Of a stretch of 64,000 bases of DNA, positions 13,101 through 26,500 are shown piece by piece. This DNA comes from Takakia lepidozioides (taxonomy: Eukaryota > Plantae > Bryophyta): assembly GCA_030704615.1 (NCBI GenBank), contig CM060734.1, positions 54,684,001 to 54,748,000 on the forward strand, read 5' to 3'. Position numbers and translations under genes: made by a program. The notes beneath the pieces are model-generated. The model was not told the DNA's origin, ran no database searches, and saw only the letters and a program-made list of their open reading frames with translations. Positions within the stretch are counted from its first letter, which is position 1. Every line of letters begins with the position of its first letter.

Positions 13101-14784
13101 ACGTAGAGATGACCGAAGCTCGAGGGGAGGTAGAGAAAGAAGATGAAGACCTGGAGGAACCAACCCAGGAGGTCGCGGTTGGGAGAGGGTTGGCAGGTGC
13201 TTTACAGTTACTAAAGGAAAGAGGTACACTGAAGGAAACAGTTGACTGGGGTGGCAGAAACATGGACAAGAAGAAAAGCAAGCTGATCGGGATTGTGGAT
13301 GAATCAAACAATGTTGTTGGTCAACGAGATATTCTTTTGGACCGTGTTGATGAGTTTGGCCGGACGGTACAACTTTTGATCTCTATTAGTCACTCTGTAG
13401 ATTAGATTTGGATGATGTCAATTTTGAAATGCCTTTCAGGGTTCCTTTTGAACTGGCATTTATGTTAGAAAGCCTTGGAAAGTCTCATGAGATTCCTTTT
13501 CATTTGAATATGAGGTGTCTGTGCTGTCGGGATGAAGTGAGCCCTAAAGGTGGACACCCGTGTTTTTTTTGCAGATGACACCTAAAGAGGCATTCCGGAA
13601 GCTCTCACACAAGTTCCATGGGAAGGGCCCCGGAAAGATGAAGCAGGAAAAGAGACAAAAGCAATTCCAGGAAGAATTGAAATTGAAGCAGATGAACTCA
13701 GGGGACACTCCCCTCATGTCTATGGAAAAAATGCGTGATGCCCAAGCTAAGATGCATGCTCCTTATATTGTTATCAGCGGCCACATTAAACCCGGGTAAG
13801 CTCTTCAAATTATTCAGCAGGTCCCACAAAATGAACCCATTATTTTATGTGGGTATGCCACATGCTCTCAATTAAATTATAAGTGCATTCTACATAACAA
13901 GGTCAATGATGCTCTTCATTCTTCCCCAGCGGTGGGCATTGCTTCCTTTTTTCAGAAAGTCTTGCTGTTCCCTTAAAGAGAGAATACACTGGCAATCCCC
14001 ATACAAAATGTGGTCTCATTTTGGTAAGCAGTGTGAACTTAAAGCTCTCCGATCATGTCAACAGTCATCAGGGGGTAATTTCGTTGTGGGGTGGACAGGG
14101 TTCCTCTTGCAAGCCCTTGCCCTCTACTACACTCGACAAGTAAGAGACAGACAGACTCGCCCACAAACAACATGACAGTTATGAAAGTTTCTAAAAAGAA
14201 GTCCTTTGTGCTCTGTGACTTGCAGGCAAACTAGTGACCCACGGAGTGGATTTGCAACTGTTGAAAAGGAACCAGTGGGTAGCCTAACTCCCATGCTGGG
14301 GGACACCAAGAATGTGGGCAGCTTGACACCCATGTTGGGGGATAAGAAGGTAAGACTGTACCTGCCACTACACATAGTTCGCTAATTGTTGGCTGGGGTA
14401 GCCTCAATCACTAGTCTGTCAAGTCTAGAAGACAGCCAACTTGGCCATGGCCTTAGCTGTTAAGTGTTAAGTAGGTGCTGTGTGAACTGGATGTATACCT
14501 GACAAGTCGCTTGCTTTGGGCTCTGCATAGACGTTTTGGTATCTAGTTATGACTCGTCTGGAAGGTGGTTTTTCATGCAGTCTGTTATGTTAATTTATAC
14601 AGTCCAGTTGAAGTTCATTAATTTGTCTGCAGTCTGTAAAAGCTTTGCTTTCACAACATCTTTGCAAATGGAGGGTCATATGTATTCATGTTTGCAGGTA
14701 GCACATTTTCTTGGAATCAAACGCAAGCCAGAGAGTGGGAGCATGGGTCCTCCCCCTCCAAAGAAGCCCAGAGGAGAGCAGTGA
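7176..14784 (+). CDS. SART1: SART-1/Snu66 family U4/U6.U5 tri-snRNP-associated protein (Arabidopsis DOT2/MDF-like), about 12 exons
   Basis: Long K/E/R/D N-terminus, then spliced exons with [100 protein letters not shown] and GSLTPMLGDKKVAHFLGIKRK. Approximate exons: 7176-8470, 8790-8973, 9280-9336, 9781-9894, 10924-11019, 11207-11272, 11741-11800, 12140-12770, 12969-13366, 13574-13795, 14226-14349, 14698-14784. Confidence 0.95.
7470..8102 (+). repeat. Coding tandem repeat: six 31-aa (93-bp) units plus one 25-aa unit in the SART-1 N-terminus
   Basis: Units follow KERDQELExKKKxRxKExERAKDKDxDKHxE in the translation. Confidence 0.85.
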
Positions 14785-16017
14785 TTTTGGACCCTGCAGA
14801 CCCCGGACACAGATGGCGGTCCTCAGTATTCTTATCTGGTTATTTGTCCTGTCTTCGATACAAGTTGGACAACAACAAGGACTCATGTGGAGATGAGAAA
14901 CTTGCCCCGCCCCTTCAGGCAGGACTCTTAAAGCACATTTAATTGTGTCAATACAGCATCCAAAGCTCCTTTTCAAATTGGTTGTGTGCATAGGATTGTG
15001 GAGGAGAGGTCAGATTGGAAACCTTACTGGACTCTCATCCTATGTTCCCCCTTGCGGCCCCCAGTTTCCTGTAGGAGCAAAATGCAAACCAGAGCATTGT
15101 AGTTCTTACTAGGGCTCCCACTTTTAGTCGACTTTTGACGCTGGTCTGGCATGTGTGGATGCATCAGGTCTAACGACCCTCCTATGGCTATCAGCAGGCC
15201 CGGCAGTTAGCGAGTTAAACCTATGCTGCTGGTCCTAGCTGCTCCTGCTTATTTCAACTTCTCTCTGGCACCTCAGTACTCTTAACGAAGATGCACATGT
15301 AAGTGGAGGATGAGAAGCTGCTTATATTTTAATGTGAAACTGCCTTGATAAAACCCAATCACTCTTACTGCGGGAGCTTGGGAAGAACTTCATTGGCATG
15401 CTTTAGTTGTATGGTACTTTTAGCTCCTGACATCAGTGTGGAGCAGCATATTTTTTAAACACTGATGTTTGAAGCTGTATCTGGAATGATTACAAAACCT
15501 TTGGTTGTAAGACAAGGAGACCAAGCAGTTAATTCAGATGTTTATCTGTGCTCTCCGCATTTTTAGTACAGAAGTTGGTCAGCATGTTTTGGATGGGGTG
15601 TGGCTTCTTTGTCGCAGCTGAAGCTCTCAGGGTCAAGCGAGCATGTTGAGGCAATTAGCTTTTCCCCTCAGTACAAGGTAATCTCACATGAATGTATGGA
15701 TAGATATGTGCTGCCATTTTGTCTAGTCCCAGTTTGTGTTATTTGCTTTTTACTTTCCCTTGCAGGGAGTAGGAACTTGCTTGCACATGGGGCTCAGTCT
15801 GGAGTATGTGTGACTGTTCACTGAGTACTGGTCTCTCTGTCTCTCTTCCATCTTTTAAATGCTATTCCAGCATTGCAGGCTGGTTTCCAGATGTTCAAAT
15901 TATGAGATCTGGAGGCACGGCTAATGAGTATGCCTTGGGTTAGAAAAGCAGGTTATGGCTTTCTATAAGATTGAGCCTTTGTCCAAACATATGCCAGAAA
16001 AAAAGCTTATGGCTTTT

Positions 16018-16087
16018 GAGGCCAGTTAATAAAGATCTTCAGTTGATGAGAGCCCAGTTAATAAGATCTTCAGTTGATGAGAGCCCT
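16018..16087. repeat. Two-copy tandem duplication of about 32 bp in the intergenic/3' region
   Basis: GAGCC(C)AGTTAATAA(A)GATCTTCAGTTGATGA occurs twice. Confidence 0.8.
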
Positions 16088-17004
16088 GTGTTGTTATCAT
16101 TTTTTTCTGCAATCTCGAGTCTTTGGAATGCATGCTAAACACCTAGTTGGTCCACTTGGTGTTTGGTCTCTTCCAAATGCATTTTGTTGTTCTCATACAT
16201 GTCCCAGGAAAGGCCTAGCTCAGTCCTCGTCTCAAATTCATTCAGTTTATCACAGCTATATGCATCTCAACTCAATAACAACAAAGTTTCCTCAAGTGTC
16301 ATGTCAAGTTAAAATGAAGCTTTCAATTAGCACTGGTAACCCTGGAAATAGTGCTATGCTGCACTCCATGTCTTTCCATCATCTTTCCCTTGTACAGTAG
16401 AGCCTTAGGCATTGTATGTATGTTTTCGTGCTTTCCTCCATGATGGGTGTTCCAGACAATTTTGAGCTCCGCTCCGCACGACTGCATTGTAGTTGCTTAT
16501 GGAAGATGTGACAAGAGGAAATCAAAAACTAAATATATGGATCGTCTCAAATCCTGTTCTAGAGGGACACAAAGAGCAGGAAAAGTAAGTACATCAGATC
16601 ATGAAACAGAATTAAGAACCATTCATGTGATACAAAAAATCCTCCTAATTTGTGGGAGATGTCTCGAAAGTGCAACAAATACACACCATCTTCCATCATT
16701 CATTCAAAGCATTTACAGGAATTCTTAATCACAAGGATCTCATAAGGGTACAAGTCCATGCCAACAGTCAAGGTCAAAGAAAATCCAGCATGCATGTAGA
16801 ATTTCATAAATATGTTGCGTGAATGAGAATATGAGACACTTTCTAACAGTAACCTGAAATCTCTCATCACTGGAATGGAACAGTGAGAATGGTCCCTTCC
16901 TCATCCTGTATGCTGACCTACAAAGTCTTCTGGTTGTGATATTTTCTAAGGAGGAGAACTATATGCACATTCTGAAAACGTAGAAGCTGTTTTGCTTTAG
17001 ATCC

Positions 17005-20000
17005 TCATCTTTGTACAGTCCACGGGGAATTTCCCAGCCGCTTGTCATGGTAACCAGAGGAAGCCCTAGGAGTGATGAGAAGAGACGAGGAGACGAGCCC
17101 TTGTTGAGCTGAACTGTGTGGAGTTACCACAGCAGCTCCCTGTTGGAGGTGACTGTGGGGATTATGTGGAGGAGCAGAAGCTCCATGGCCACCTAAACCT
17201 AGAGGACGACCTGTTGCTCCACTTCCTCCAGCTGTTGGCCCTGCCCCACTGTGCGTGGGGCTCACATGGGAATGGCCAACTTCAGCAGCAGTGACCACAG
17301 CTTTTTGAGAATGGAGTGCTGCTGCTTGCTGCATTGCCTGAAAGACAACCATCAAAATAGCTGTTAGCAAACATTACATTATTGATCACTTCTGTTGGTT
17401 CCCCTTCCACCATCATCTTGTAAGTGATAAAGATAGTAGTCAACAAGGCTGTTCTCTTCACAACCACATTGCTAGAAAATAGATACCCACTTAAATGTGT
17501 GCAGGTATTTCTTTGAGAGAGGAATTTGCATTTGCAGATCCATGCAGCGTTCTGGCCAATGCAGATACATTAGGATGAAGAAGAACACCTGCATGTATCC
17601 TCATATACCTAAGGCCTTAGGAGCCCTGTTGATGGTCAGTCACAATATTCCATAGAAGCACTCCCTAAAACACTGGTAACTTCCACTGGGTCAACTGTCC
17701 TGACTTCAGAAGGACTTCCACCAATCCTAACATACACAAGAACATACTGAAGAGGTGATGGGCTAGAAATCAGGCTATGACACTGAGGTCAAGTCTTAGT
17801 GCATATCTGGTAAGAGGGAAGTCCATGATTGGATAACATTAACTAACCATATGTGGATATGCACGACCACCAAAGCCTGGAGGCACATTCCCGACACAAC
17901 TAGCGCCTGGGGATATTGCACCTGCTGTTATGGTTGCACCAGATGCAGCATTTCCCAGTCCCTGTGTATAGTATGCCCCCGAAGCAGATCCGCCCTGAAA
18001 CACCACAATTGACACCGCACATGACTATCTTTACTGAAGTAACAGAAAAGAGAATGAATGTATTGTGGTGCAGATTGTATACCCACTTGCTCAGAGTTAT
18101 GACAATTTTGTTCGTGATTCCTGACTAGAGACACAACACTAAAACAAAGGACAGGGAACTCAAGGGAATCAAACTTAGGGCACTACACCAACTGAAGACT
18201 CTCTCACTATCAAGGACAAAGATACCTGGCCTTCACATAAATGTAGCTGTCGGCCAGGCACAGGCCCCACAGAAGGGGAAGGGGGCCCAACAGAGGTGTG
18301 GGAGGTGGGAGGGGAATGTGAAGCAGGGCTTGGAGTTCTGACGTATTCCAATTCTCCTTCTTCCCTATCTGCTGAAGCATGGATATGAGCTGCCCCTGCA
18401 CCATTGCTCCCTGGTCGAGCAGAGGTAGCTGCCATTAAATCAGCCCCGCTTGTAGCCCCAACAGGAGCATGTAGGACACCTATTGATGGTGGCGACTGTA
18501 ACATTCCCTGGCCTCGTCTCTTTGACTCCTCTTCACTGTTCAAAATCTGCGAAGTTGATACATGATTGGTCACAGAATGAACTTCCAGCTTAATTGAAAT
18601 ACAGACGGATAGTAGGAAGTGCCCTATGCATGTATTCTTCAAGAAAATTACAAACTAACATAGTTGAAAGTATCCAGCCAATATTTTGCATATACCATGT
18701 TGCCAGTGCTGCCCAAGGTTTGTAGCATATTACGTGTCTTGTTCTTTTTTGGGGTGAAAGGTTTGGCAAGACCTGCTTCAGCATCTGTACTAGCCGATGT
18801 TTTTCTGCTGTCAATTCTTTCAGCTTGGCCTCCACTTCCTCTCTTTTATTGGCCTTCATGCCAATCCCAGACGCTTCCAAGGGTGCAACCTGCTTCTGGG
18901 AGTGATGGTTCTCCTCTACCTGCAACACAATTTTTCCCAACATGAAATAGAAGTTAGATGCAGGTGAGTCACAATGAACGGAGGATGGATACCACAATCT
19001 GGTCAAAACCAGTAAACCATGACTGGTCATCACAATGAGAAGCTTGTTCTTTGTCTGCCTCAAAAGGACATTTCAAAAAATGGTTGATCATTGATGTCCT
19101 GTCATCTTTTAGTTGATTTACTAGGATTGAGTGATCCCAGAGGACCTTTGGAGTTCAAGAAGTGCACTGGAATGTCAGCTGCCTACATGTTGGTTTCAGA
19201 GAGACTAAAAGATGTACTACTCATCATTCCATGTGAATGTGTAGGAACTTGATCTACTATTTATTGCTTTATCGAAGTTTGTTTTTGTCTTCTTCTATGT
19301 TTTACTCTTGACTGCCTCATAATTTGAGTAGAACTACATCCCTTCCATAACCAGTCAGGACGTTTTAACCCCCAACATAGCGACATAACCCTGAGATTAG
19401 TTTTGCGATAAGAGCTGGCAACTCACTCACTCAAGACAACAAACTCACTTGCTTTGCACAGGCGTGCTCCTCAAAATCGGCAGGTGGAGTGGCCGGTGCT
19501 TCCATTTTGGTAATCAGCTTCTCTCTATCCGTCTCCCTATCGTTATTACCCTCATTGTTTCCTCTCAACCCTAAATCGGACCCAGTATCAGCAGTGTCCT
19601 CTCTTTGTGGTCGTGCCTCTCCTGCCTCCCTCACTGGGTCATAACCCATCCCAGCCTCAGGCATACCAATGCCCTTAGTTGCTCGGTCCACAGCTTTAAC
19701 ATCGACCTCCATCTTATCAGGCTGATCGTCTCCATCCACAGCCATGGGCTCTGACCCGGTATCATTGCCTGCATTGGAAATGTCGTCGATTTGGTCGTCT
19801 CTCTTCCTCTTTCTGTCGTTCCTTCTTTCGCACACTTCATCTTCCTGATCAATCTCCTCCTCTCCACCGTCCAGTTTGAATCCATGGTCGCCAGACCCCG
19901 AGGGTTTAGCTATGACATCAGTATCTGAAGGGCTTCCAGACTGCGAGTCTCTACCATGCTCGCTTCCATCTTCTCTCCCATCAGCATCCTCATCCATCAA

Positions 20001-20261
20001 ATCCTTGCAGTCACTCTCTTCCCTTCCTCCCCCCACATGTCCACTCGACGGGGAACACTCGACAGAAATATCATGATCTCGCAGTGCTTGGCGAGAATAA
20101 GGAAGTTCGACCTTAGGAGCCGAAGTATGGCCCCGAACGGCCGCATTCCGCTTTTCGATGGCAAGCTTGAAAGCAGGCAAAGATATGGCAGGCTTGGGGA
20201 ACGGCCATTGCCTCGGGACACCTGACACCTTGTGCAGCTCACCCCTGGAAAACGATATCAT
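17005..20261 (-). CDS. Conserved uncharacterised land-plant protein, about 586 aa, with an N-terminal RGxLHKV..PRxWxxP motif, an acidic disordered middle and a coiled coil; exons 20261-19449, 18919-18773, 18546-18226, 17994-17848, 17337-17005
   Basis: Five phase-0 GT-AG joined exons. The start MISFSRGELHKVSGVPRQWPFPKPAISLPAFK resembles a plant family of unknown function (from recall). Coiled coil KREEVEAKLKELTAEKHRLVQMLKQILNSEEE. Confidence 0.75.
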
Positions 20262-20344
20262 CTCCCTCCTCCTTGTCTAATGCCTCTCCACATTATCTGC
20301 CCCCTAACTACCAGACATCCAGAAACTCCACACACAGAGAAAGA

Positions 20345-20453
20345 AAACCCTAAACTATCTCCATGTCTGTCGAACGAAATATGTGTAACGAATCACGTAA
20401 CGAAAGTATATAACTTAGGGTTAGGGTTAGAAAGTGGAGCCAGGTTAGGGTTT
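20345..20453. promoter_or_regulatory. Telo-box-like (AAACCCTA / TAGGGTT) cluster in a bidirectional promoter of about 280 bp
   Basis: AAAACCCTAAA near 20345, TTAGGGTTAGGGTTAG near 20415 and TTAGGGTTT near 20445, between divergent ATGs at 20261 and 20538. Confidence 0.55.
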
Positions 20454-20537
20454 CCAGAGCTCACTCTTGGAGTGGGGGGGTTGGGGGAGGGAGGAGGTGA
20501 GGAGCAGACGCGAGGGTCTAGCAACCCGCACAACGCC

Positions 20538-23500
20538 ATGGAGCTGTCAGTGGGAGGCCGCATGCTGGCACTGTTTCTCTACATTTTATGTCTGCATGGA
20601 TTCGCCATCCTCCTCTTCACTCGCGGATTTCTTCTCACGCGAACGGAACTTCCTTTATTCAGTACCTGCGACGATGTACGCGAGTCGCCTTGCTGCCCGA
20701 TGCACACAGGTGCGACGATCTAATTCTCTTGTTTGAAACAAAATGTTTGTGTGAGAGAACCTAATTTATCAGAAAACTCTGTTTTTTTGGATCGTTCTTT
20801 CTGTCGGGAGGTAATGTCCTGCAGTTATTGGATACTGGCATTGAGTTGTTATGGACGCTCTGGATTTTCTCTCCGGATTGGTGGTGGCTCATATTTTTTG
20901 TATGAAGACTCCGCGTGTATCATTCGTGTTTTATTTGTTCGCAGTTGTGCAGCTCGTTTTCAGAAGGCTGTTGATTAAATAGGATATCATGGAGTGCTCT
21001 AGGACTGTCTCAAACATAAAACGAACTTGATGTCCATACATTGCCGTGTTGCGAATGAATACACAGGACAACAGGAGGAGGTCTATCAGGATTTATCAGG
21101 TGTGTTGACGGAAGAGGCAAGGAAAATACATCAGGAGATAACGGTGACAGAAGGGATGGACAGTCAGTCTTATATCCCTAACCCTGAAAAAAACAAGGTA
21201 TTTATGGCCGTTGCTTAACGTGCATAATTTGTTGAATACCTCAATGGTGCAGCCCCCAATTTGGCTGTGGACATCCTGTCACAGAATGTGGCTGGATGTC
21301 TTAGCAGTCCCCCGTGGTAAATAGAACGCCCAAGAGGTTTGTTGCAATCCTCTGAAGATCTGGTAATAGTCAGCAGCAGAATTAGAGACTGAAGTATTTG
21401 AAAGGGAATGCTCTGGAACAGGTCAATAACACTGGGGTAGAGGAAGGCAACAAAGATGCAGGTCTAAAGACACACAGAGGATTCACCCAGAGTCTTGGTG
21501 AATGCACTTTTACTTGGCACAATGAATCATTTGCTGGAAGCAGTAGGGGCATGGATGAGAGGGCATGCTGGACAAAGCCTGCAATTAAGCGAGCAATCAT
21601 AATCATAATTGACGCTTTGAGGTAATACTGCTGGCTTATTATACATTCACAGTAAAATAGGCTGTGATCTTGACGTAGAATGTTAGTATCACTATCCAAT
21701 GATAACCTACATTATTTTTAAGTATTTTGGTCTTGAGTTGTCTTGTACTGCGATTGACTCTCTAATATGGGAAGGCTGCAGTTTTCTTGGATCATGCTCT
21801 TCTCACCCTCTTTCATTTAGGTTACTCAAATTTGAGTCCAGAGCTCACTCTGCACTTACATGGATATTTTCTCTTTTTTGTACCCAGGTTTGACTTTGTG
21901 GCGAAGAGTAACAACTTTGCCGGAGGTATGATTTGCCAGTACAGTCTTCCACTAAACCTGGTTGGAGACCCTTTGTCTTCTTTAGCCAATGTTGACTGCC
22001 CAAGTCTCTCTGGAGCTTTTTATCCGTAAGCAAGGGATTTATGCAGAAGTCCATTCAAGCACATCTAACTGCAGAGTGAAGCAGCAGATTGTCCATTTGT
22101 TCGAAGGCCAGGACAAAATGAAGCTCAATTCCTAACTTAACCACTAGAAGTGCTGTAACTTTTGATTGTGAATGTGGTTTGATTTGAATCTTCTCCAAGC
22201 TTGGGTAATCATAGAGTTTGAGAATGTATCTCTCAGAACCCCAACCATGGATGGACAAGCTGCGGGTACTGCAGCGGTTGGAGCAGGAGGAAGGAAGGGC
22301 TGCTCGCATCTTCAAATTTGTGGCTGATCCGCCTACAACTACTCTTCAAAGACTGAAGGTGGGCTTGGAGCATGCTATGGGTGATTTGATGGCATTCTGA
22401 CATTTTAAGAAGACTGCTTCAAAAGTTATGAAAATTCTGCATGTGCGGAGTCTTCCTGCAATCATCGATTTCTTCTAAGTTGGCAGATGATGAACTCATT
22501 GGGAATACAGCAGGTCCTTTGTTAGCTGACAGCATTGGTTTGTTGAATACACATAAAACTTCACCATACAGTCAGAAGCCACAGAAAGTCAAATGTCCCT
22601 CTCTGTGGCAATTGCTTTATAGAGTTGATGCTTATCGGATTGTGCCAAGTCAAGTTTAAATTGCAGTGTTTATAGGTCTTCTTCACATTGTCTACAGTCA
22701 AACTTTGAATCACGTTTTACTCCAGCCAGCTTCTTGAGATTTACTTTAGACATTGCTTGGTTGATGAGCTTATGCATACAGTGGTGTTGTAGGGTCTGAC
22801 CACGGGAGGTTTACCAACTTTCGTGGATATAGGACATAGCTTTGGGGCTCCAGCAATTGTGGAAGATAACTTGATCTTGCAGGTGAATGAAATTTCTCCG
22901 TCTCCTTTCATTTGTCATGCTGCGATGGAATTTGATCACTCTTGTTGGTCGGAGTTTGAGAAGTATGTCACTTTTTCTAACTGGGAGCCTACGCTGTTCC
23001 AGCTCGTGAGAAGGGGCAAGAAAGTTCGCATGATGGGGGACGATACATGGATGCAGCTTTTTCCTTCCCACTTTGCAGAAGCTCACCCGTTTCCTTCCTT
23101 CAATGTCAAGGACCTCCACACTGTAACTGCTCTCTCCTATGTCTGGGTTCTCCTGCATCACCCTGTGAAACTGATTGGACACCATGATTGACTGTCGCAA
23201 TTACGATTTAGAGACAAAGTTCTGTAGCCCATTGGTTGGGCATTGCATTGGATTATCAGGCTCTGCCTCGCAGCACAATGGGCTTCCTGCTGAGCCAAAG
23301 AAGATAGAGCAGCCATGTAACTGCTGTAGTACTTTTTAAATTTTGAACGAGCTGGCTTGCACAAAACAATTGCTAATGTGGGACACCCATGAGCATTTCG
23401 ATGCCCACAGCAGTGGCTCCCAGACTACGATTACTTTATTATGGAGGAACATGTGATGCGTATCATGTTTTCATGAGGATTGCATGGGAGGCTAATCTTC

Positions 23501-26500
23501 TATTTGCCAGCAGTTGGCTTTTCTTTCCCTGTGCTGGTCAATCTCTCCCTTATTGCTTATCATTACCCTCCATGTACCTGAATCCTTCTTGAGAATCAAG
23601 GAAAATCTGCAATTTTACTCGTGGATGATTGTGGGTATGCGTGGCAGGTGGATGATGGAGTGATACGGGAAATTTTTCCGGCGTTGCTCCAACCTGATTG
23701 GGATGTGTTAATAGCACACTTTCTTGGCGTGGTACTTCTCTGAAGACCAGGCATGCTAGCTCTGCCATGATGCCCCCTGCCTTCTGGCATGTGTTTTCAG
23801 AGTCACAATCATAATTTGGGGGCCACTTCAGGTGTGGAGGTTGTTCTACTTACAGAACATCATAGGATTCTCGTCCATGAAGCACTGACCAATCCTAGGC
23901 CCTTTCTTAGACCTGTCTACAGGCGGAGAATAGCAGATCCTGTATGATTCTATTATTGTGAGTCCTATGTGAGTCCAGGTTCCTTTGTCATATTTCTGGA
24001 GCTCTCTTTATTTAGTGTCTGGATGACAGGACTCGACCTCGGGAAGATTTTCTGAACCCTGCAGTAGGCAGGACTTTAAGGATCTGAGAAATGTCTGACC
24101 AATACGAGTATCTGAAAGCAAAATATGCAGTATCAAAGTGCCATACATTTCGATGCTGTGGCCAACCAAGCTAGGTCCACGGTGAGATTTATGTGAGACA
24201 TCCACTTTCCCCAATGAGACTTCCCATGTTGAATATAAAACATGAAGGAGATGAAGCTGTATCTTGTTGCGGATGGGTATGTTATGTGTGGGATCAGTTT
24301 ATTGTCTTCTCCCGAACAGAAAGGCCCAGAGCAAAGGAGGTCATGTGTATTTCAACCTGTCATCACAGGGTGGAAGTTCTCAAAAGCAGTTTCATGTTTT
24401 TTGGACAGGACCATGTGGGCCACATTTTTGGAGTTGAGTCACCACTGATGGTCAGTAAGCTGGAGCAGTACAATAGTGTCATTGAGGTACTCTCTCTGGC
24501 AAACAACTTCGTATGAGGACATTCTCTCTCTCTCTCTGGCCTCCTGCTCTAGGAAGAGAACTAAGGGTGGGGACTTCAACTTGAAAGTTTCTAACCAGTT
24601 TGATGCCCTGGATGAGGTTGATACCAAGCAACCACACAGACTAGCTGGCCCTATGTGTGCTGAGTCTGTCGAGTATGTCCAGGCCTTTCAAGAGGCTCTC
24701 CCCCACTTTGTCCATTTGCTCCAAGATCTTCAGTGTCGCTCTGGCAATGCAAGAAATGAAGTCGAAAGAGCGGTGGATTCTTGGGAGAGTTTCGTCTCCT
24801 CTGTGGCTGACAAGGTCAGTGGGAGGAAACTAATTGTCTGGTAAAGCTGTTAATTGGTGGACCAATGAGATCAAACTCAAGATAGCGGAGTCCTCTGTAA
24901 AGAGTGCAATTTGAAAGTCAACAAAGAATTGTGGGCTAGGTACTACCAGATCCGCAAAGATATCAATCAGCTTGTAAGGTCTCAGAAGAACTTATATTGG
25001 GACAAGTTATACTGATAAACTCAAACCACCGTGGTGGTAATGACAAGAGATTCTGGTTGGCCCTTCAACATTTGTACAAGCCAAAAACTTGTCAGCAAGT
25101 ACAAGCGCTGAGGACTACCAAGGGTGCAGTGGTTACTTCAACGGTTGACATTGTCAAAACCTTTGAAACTCACTACAGTATCCTTGGCAGAAATTCTAAG
25201 TCTAACAGTGAGGGGTCTTCTGAAGAATGGAAGGACAATTGAAAAAACTGTTCCTCTGATTCAAGACAGCCCTGATGAACTGGAGTATATTTCAAAGGCT
25301 TACAACATTCCCATTAGTTCTTCTGAGATTGTGGAAGCAATTGATCATTTAAACGGATATAAAGCTGGTGGACCTGATGGCATAGTCAACAAGCTTGTCA
25401 AGCACTGTGGCGATCCCATAATAGAGGCCCTTTCGCTGGCGACAGGGGGTCTTTGTCAATCTACACGAGAAAGTTGACAGAGAAGAGCCGGGGAATATAC
25501 GAGGCATCATGCTTCTCAATGCAGTTGGCAAGATATTTTGCAATGTTATAAGTACTTGTCTCGAGGTTGATCTGGAGTCTAGACGTTGTTTCCATGAAGG
25601 CCAAGCTGGCTTTCGGAGAACAGGGGCTGTGTGGATCATATCTTCCCTCTAAGCCAGATTATCCAGGGAAACCCACTATGTCTTTTTCTTGGATGTCGAA
25701 AAGACTTATGACATTGTGGAGAGATGGTCTACGGCTCCGACTCTGGTCATCTGGGATCAAGGGAAGGGTGTGAAGAGTGGTCCATAACTTGTATGCTCAC
25801 ACCAAAAGCTGTGTCACTGTCTAACTTCTTTGACATAGACCAAGGTGTAGTTGAAGGATGTACCTTCTCCCCTCTTCTTTTCAATGTTTCTATCAGTCAA
25901 CTCCTCGAGGATGTGGAAATTGAGGGATTTGAGTGAAGGGTGGGTGATGCATACTAGCCCTTATGTTTGCAGATGACTTCGCAGGTGTAGGGGAGACTCC
26001 ATCCAATCTTCAGGAGTTGCGAAGGGATACTTTGACCTTTTGGGGGCTAGAGGGCTAACGTCACTAAATGCGCAGTGGTGGCATTCAATGACCGAGGGGA
26101 GGGAGGAGGCAATCTTCAATGGTGAAGCCAAGAGATTCCTGTCCTCCCTTCCTACACATACCTTGGCGTTGAGTTTTCCTCCAACTGTAATTGGGATGCA
26201 CATATTCCAAAAGTTGTTCAATCTGGCAAGCGCAAAGCATTGGGTCCCACCATCTTTTCCACTGCAGGGGGATCAACTCTGAAGTCAAAAAAACCATGCT
26301 TTGCCGTGTTATTAGGCCTGCCTTGGAGTACTCTGCAGTGTGGGTTGATAACCCCAACCAGGTTAAGTCTCGGGTGCCTAAGGAGTGCATGTCAGCATGC
26401 TCCAAAACGGCTAATGTGGCTGTTTGGGGTGAGTTTGGCACCGCTCCCTTAAGCTCCCAACGAGATGAATTCAAGGTCAGATGGTGGGATCACCCTGTCG

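Noticed and set aside
15070-15250. snoRNA or pre-miRNA hairpin downstream of SART-1
   Set aside because: Only modest complementarity and no box motifs I can support.
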